DNA from: Spirochaetota bacterium | GTDB lineage: Bacteria; Spirochaetota; Spirochaetia; Treponematales; UBA12059 | Assembly (NCBI GenBank): GCA_003247225.1 | Contig: QKAK01000162.1 | Span: 1 to 55,431, forward strand | DNA: 55,431 bases | Direction: 5' to 3' | Shown here: positions 52,492 to 55,431 of the stretch, piece after piece | How the letters are laid out: every line of letters begins with the position of its first letter | Position numbering within the stretch: position 1 is the first letter of the stretch | Notes under the pieces: generated by a model | The model's database searches: none | The model's input: the letters and a program-made list of their open reading frames with translations, nothing else | What the model was told of the DNA's origin: nothing | Program-made: the position numbers and the translations under genes

Positions 52492-53690
52492 GTACGTACC
52501 TCCACGATGGCGGCGTCAGCGCCGCCCGACGAGAACTGTATCGATACGCCGTCACCGGCCGCGAGCTCGGCGGCGCTCCTGACGGCCCGGGCCTCGCCCG
52601 GCTTCCTGACCACCGCGAAGCCGCGCGCCAGGATGGCCAGCGGGTCGGAGGCGCGCAGCACGGCGTCGGCCGACGATAGGCGGTGCCTCGCGGCGAGGCG
52701 GGCGTCGCGGGCGCCGCGTACCAGCGCCTCCTTGGCGTCGTCGAAGCGCTGGCGCGACGGCTGCAGCGCTCGCTCCAACCTCATCTCCAGCTGCTCAGAC
52801 GAGAACGAGTCGACGACGCCCCGGGCCCGCTCGAGCCTGGATCGTATGCCGAGGGCCAGCGAGTCCGCCGCGACCGTCACCCGGTCGGCGATGGCCTGGG
52901 CGCTCTCCGATACCAGCTCGGCGGCGGCGCTCGGCGTCGGGGCCCTGAGGGAGGCGGCGTAGTCGCTCAGCGCCCAGTCTATCTCGTGGCCCACGGCGCT
53001 GATCACCGGTATCCTCGAGGCCGCCACGGCGCGCACGACCGCCTCGTCGGAGAAGGCGAGCAGGTCCTCGAGGGAGCCGCCGCCGCGGCCGACGATGATC
53101 ACGTCGCCTAGGGCGAAGGCGTTGGCCGCCTCGATCTGCCTGACGATGGCCTCCGGCGCCTGTTCGCCCTGCACGGCCGCGGGCAGCACGGTGACGCGGA
53201 CGCCGGAGTTGCGGCGGCCGAGCACCGACAGGATGTCGCGGAGAGCGGCGCCGGTCGGCGAGGTGACCACGGCCACCCTGGTCGGGAAGGCCGGCAGCGG
53301 AGGCTTGCGGTCGGCGTCGAACAGGCCCTCGGCGGCCAGCTGCCGCTTCCGCCGCTCGAGCATCGCTAGGATGTCGCCCTCGCCGGCCTTCTGCATCGTA
53401 TCGACGACGAGCTGGTACTGGCCTCGCGCCGCGTAGACGCCGAGCGCGCCGCGCGCCCTGACCAGGGCCCCGTCCGACGGCCTGAAGTCGAGCCTGGACG
53501 CGCGGCCCTTGAACATCACCGCCTGCAGCGACGCGCCGGAGTCCTTCAGCGTGAAATAGACGTGGCCGGACGAGGCGGGCCGCCAGTTCGATATCTCGCC
53601 CTCGACCAGCACGCTCGGCAGCGAGCCCTCGAGGAGTTCCTTGACGATGCCGGTGAGCTCGCTCACGGTCAGCGCTCGGTCGTCGTTCAT
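52488..53690 (-). CDS. xseA: Exodeoxyribonuclease VII large subunit
   Basis: GEISN...SGHVYFTLKD, VTSPTGAA..D, RGGGSLEDL, GHE.D and PTPSAAAE. Confidence 0.97.
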   Translation of the reverse strand: MNDDRALTVSELTGIVKELLEGSLPSVLVEGEISNWRPASSGHVYFTLKDSGASLQAVMFKGRASRLDFRPSDGALVRARGALGVYAARGQYQLVVDTMQKAGEGDILAMLERRKRQLAAEGLFDADRKPPLPAFPTRVAVVTSPTGAALRDILSVLGRRNSGVRVTVLPAAVQGEQAPEAIVRQIEAANAFALGDVIIVGRGGGSLEDLLAFSDEAVVRAVAASRIPVISAVGHEIDWALSDYAASLRAPTPSAAAELVSESAQAIADRVTVAADSLALGIRSRLERARGVVDSFSSEQLEMRLERALQPSRQRFDDAKEALVRGARDARLAARHRLSSADAVLRASDPLAILARGFAVVRKPGEARAVRSAAELAAGDGVSIQFSSGGADAAIVEVRT

Positions 53691-53768
53691 GCCGACACTC
53701 TAGCCCGGCCCGGCTCGGCGGCGCAAGTCCAGTGGCAAAAGCGCCGATTATCCTGTATAACGGATGGC

Positions 53769-54584
53769 ATGAGACGATTTCCGTTCACGTTGGCCGTCCT
53801 GGTCCTGCTCAGCGTCGCAGTCTTCCTCATAGGCTGGCTGCCGTTGCGATCGGAACCGGGCAGCTACGCGGTGCTGGTCACCAAGACCGGCGGCGTGGAT
53901 CCGGAGGTGGTCGCGCCCGGGCGCTTCCGCTGGGCGGCCGAGGCCCTGCTGCCGACCAACCTGACCCTGCGCCGCTTCTCGCCGGCCGCGGCCGAGCGCC
54001 GGATCGAGGCGTCGGGCGAGCTGCCGTCGGCCGACGTCTACGGCGCCTTCATGGCCGGAGAGCCGGATTTCTCGTACTCGGTCGTCGCGAGCCTTTCGGC
54101 CGCGCCGAAGCCGGAGGCCCTGCCGGAGCTGTACGGGCGCTGGGGCGTCTCCGACGACGAGGGCCTGGCCGCCTGGCTCGACTCCGAGCTGGAGCTGGCC
54201 ACGGTCGACCTTCGCGCCGCGATCCAGGAGGCCATGCGCTCCGGATCCTCGTCTCCCCTCGGCGGCGTCGACGAGGGCGCGCTGGCGCTGGCGCTGTCGC
54301 AGTCGCATCCGCTGCTCGACGTGCGCGGCGTCCGCGTCGTCTCGTCGCGCATGCCCGACCCGCGGCTGTACGAGGAGGCCAGGCGGCTGTACTCGCGGTA
54401 CCTCGAGGCCTACCGGGCCGCCGTCGAGCCGGCCCTCGCCGAGTCGTCCGCCGACGCGGCGGCCGAGAACGTCAGGCTGGAGCGGCTCGAGCGCTACGGC
54501 GAGCTCCTCGAGCGCTTCCCGGCCCTGATCGACTACCTGGCCATCGAGGCCGGCATCGCGCCGCGGCCCGCGAGCGGTAAGTGA
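53769..54584 (+). CDS. Hypothetical membrane-anchored protein, possibly SPFH/band-7-like
   Basis: N-terminal TM segment, then 'PGSYAVLVTKTGG...PGRFRW' and a helical C-terminus. ATG preceded by TGGCAA-N17-TATAAC. Confidence 0.65.
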   Translation: MRRFPFTLAVLVLLSVAVFLIGWLPLRSEPGSYAVLVTKTGGVDPEVVAPGRFRWAAEALLPTNLTLRRFSPAAAERRIEASGELPSADVYGAFMAGEPDFSYSVVASLSAAPKPEALPELYGRWGVSDDEGLAAWLDSELELATVDLRAAIQEAMRSGSSSPLGGVDEGALALALSQSHPLLDVRGVRVVSSRMPDPRLYEEARRLYSRYLEAYRAAVEPALAESSADAAAENVRLERLERYGELLERFPALIDYLAIEAGIAPRPASGK

Positions 54585-54585
54585 C

Positions 54586-55071
54586 ATGGACTATTTCTTC
54601 AACTTCGACAAGATGGAATACCTGACCGAGAAGCGTCCCGACGGCTGCATACTCTGCCTCGTGCGCGACGGTTCTCCCGAGGTCAAGCGCCTGGTCGTCG
54701 CGGAGTCGGAGCGCTCGATGGCGACGCTCAACCTGTACCCGTACAACCCCGGGCACCTGATGGTCTTCCCGAAGCGCCACCTCAAGGACGTACGCGAGCT
54801 CGGCGACGCGGAGCGGGCCGACCTGGACGCCCTCGTCAGGCGCTGCCTCGACGCGCTCGACTCGACGCACGGTCCGGGCGGCTACAACATCGGCTGCAAC
54901 ATGGGGCTCGTAGCCGGCGCCAGCATCGAGCACCTGCACGTGCACATCATCCCGCGCTACCCGCGCGAGATAGGCATAGCCGAGCTGATGGCGGGCAAGC
55001 GGGTGCTGGTGCAGGATCCGGTAGAGACGCAAAGGCGGCTCGTCGAGGCGCTCGCGAGGCTGCCGGGCTGA
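54586..55071 (+). CDS. HIT family hydrolase (Ap4A phosphorylase-like)
   Basis: CILC, LNLYPYNPGHLMV.P.RH, GYNIG.N.G..AGASI and HLHVHIIPR. Confidence 0.93.
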   Translation: MDYFFNFDKMEYLTEKRPDGCILCLVRDGSPEVKRLVVAESERSMATLNLYPYNPGHLMVFPKRHLKDVRELGDAERADLDALVRRCLDALDSTHGPGGYNIGCNMGLVAGASIEHLHVHIIPRYPREIGIAELMAGKRVLVQDPVETQRRLVEALARLPG

Positions 55072-55431
55072 CTATAAGGGCAGTATGACGAAGAGCGGGC
55101 GCTGGCCCGGGTCTATCGTCACTACCGACGATACGGCCACGTTCGATACCCCGAACCGGCCCGCGTCCCAGGATAGCCCGTCGAGCGGCCACTTGAGCCC
55201 CGAGCTGCGCATCCCCGACGCGCCGCCGGACAGCGGGAACACCGACACGGTGGAGCCGACGGCCAGCTCGAAGGTCCGCCTCTCGTCGAGCCTGACCACG
55301 CGCTCCCCGGCGCATAGCCACTCGTCGGGGCCGCTCGGCCGCTCGAGCAGCGCGCGCAGCGCCAGGAGATGGTCGAGCCTGCCGCCGCCGCCGCCGGCCA
55401 TCGTTATGGGGCCGTAGCCGCGCTCGCGCAG
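55072..55431 (-). CDS. thiN: Thiamine diphosphokinase, C-terminal part (5' end outside window)
   Basis: GGRLDHLL, VSVFPL, GLKWPL and GVSN. Confidence 0.88.
   Translation of the reverse strand: MRERGYGPITMAGGGGGRLDHLLALRALLERPSGPDEWLCAGERVVRLDERRTFELAVGSTVSVFPLSGGASGMRSSGLKWPLDGLSWDAGRFGVSNVAVSSVVTIDPGQRPLFVILPL

Overview
A GC-rich (roughly 70% by eye) chromosomal segment, most likely from a free-living spirochaete (Spirochaetales/Treponema-like). Evidence: a PlzA-like PilZ-N protein, the rplU-prp-rpmA-obg-nadD-LCP-rsfS and ispE-spoVG-tRNA-rplY-tilS-ftsH gene orders, and an 'xGxKE'-type solute-binding protein signal. It is mostly housekeeping: mfd, ligA, argS, obgE, nadD, ispE, tilS, ftsH, clpC, rqcH/NFACT, secA, nnr, xseAB, thiN and tRNA-Gln(TTG). 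I see no prophage, transposase or CRISPR array. Main points of interest: (1) a LoaP/UpxY-type antiterminator, whose RBS lies inside a long leader hairpin, heads a translationally coupled operon joining CapD and a DegT aminotransferase to a xanthine-dehydrogenase-like trio with degenerate Moco-binding motifs and a SAM methyltransferase; (2) a ~140-bp AT-shifted, non-coding inverted-repeat element built from (CACGGAG)n octamer-period units between rqcH and secA; (3) an ErcA/ErcS-like ADH-kinase-receiver module; (4) a catalytically degenerate McsB in mcsA-mcsB-clpC; (5) an intact Prp protease next to an L27 that lacks the cleavable extension and has a shortened N-terminal tail; (6) recurrent leaderless-type promoters; (7) a sigma-28-like promoter ahead of a repeat-expanded RlpA-SPOR protein; (8) a small, very acidic protein with its own promoter and terminator. 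All assignments come from motif recognition only; no searches were run.
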